Sequence record: NC_028957.1
Strand: one strand, 5' to 3'
Origin: Escherichia phage vB_EcoM_VR26
DNA: 64,000 nt
Made by a program: the position numbers and the translations under genes. Positions 63,889-64,000 of the stretch are shown here, piece after piece (position 1 is the first letter of the stretch; the number at the start of each line of letters is the position of its first letter). Below the pieces are notes generated by a model that searched no databases, had not been told where the DNA came from, and worked only from the letters and a program-made list of their open reading frames with translations.

Positions 63889-64000
63889 TTAGTCGTTGGC
63901 TCTATTATATGCCACGTCTTCCAAAAGCAAATCCAGACGCTTATGATAAGTGAACACAAATTTCGTGGCACCGTCTGGTTTCATTTTAGTCATGAAGTGA
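63889..64000 (-). CDS. hypothetical protein, 3' end only or short ORF
   Basis: Reverse frame open from the window edge to a TAA at 63889-63891; an ATG at 63991-63993 could instead start a 34-aa ORF. Confidence 0.25.
   Translation of the reverse strand, partial: HFMTKMKPDGATKFVFTYHKRLDLLLEDVAYNRAND

Overview
This window is a T4-like (Tevenvirinae) myovirus genome segment, essentially colinear with the phage T4 map from gene 57B through gene 30. All family assignments come from reading the translated ORFs against T4 sequences and motifs as I recall them; no database search was run. Small-feature coordinates (promoters, hairpins) were hand-indexed and may be off by a few nt. Positions 1-9213 are reverse-strand early and middle genes: hypothetical proteins, a T5orf172/GIY-YIG-domain protein, two adjacent tRNAs, four internal-head-protein-like genes, then 57B, 57A, 1, 3, 2, 4. 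Positions 9262-43732 carry the forward late structural module: baseplate 53, 5, 5.4, 6-12, wac, neck 13-14, 15, terminase 16-17, sheath 18, tube 19, portal 20, prohead core 67, 68, 21, 22, major capsid 23 and vertex 24. It is followed by rnlB, hoc, inh, uvsW, uvsY, baseplate hub 25-26, 51, 27-29, 48, 54, then alt and DNA ligase. Departures from the T4 layout as I recall it are: three homing-endonuclease-like ORFs inside structural operons (two Seg-like GIY-YIG, one HNH), a tandem second gp24 paralog, a collagen-like protein plus a Hoc-like paralog inserted convergently at the hoc locus, a fibritin lengthened by tandem 72-bp repeats, and a family of eight early-promoter stem-loop elements. I cannot point to one definitive undescribed system; the hoc-locus cassette and the internal-protein array are the strongest candidates. 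No CRISPR array or integrase was seen.
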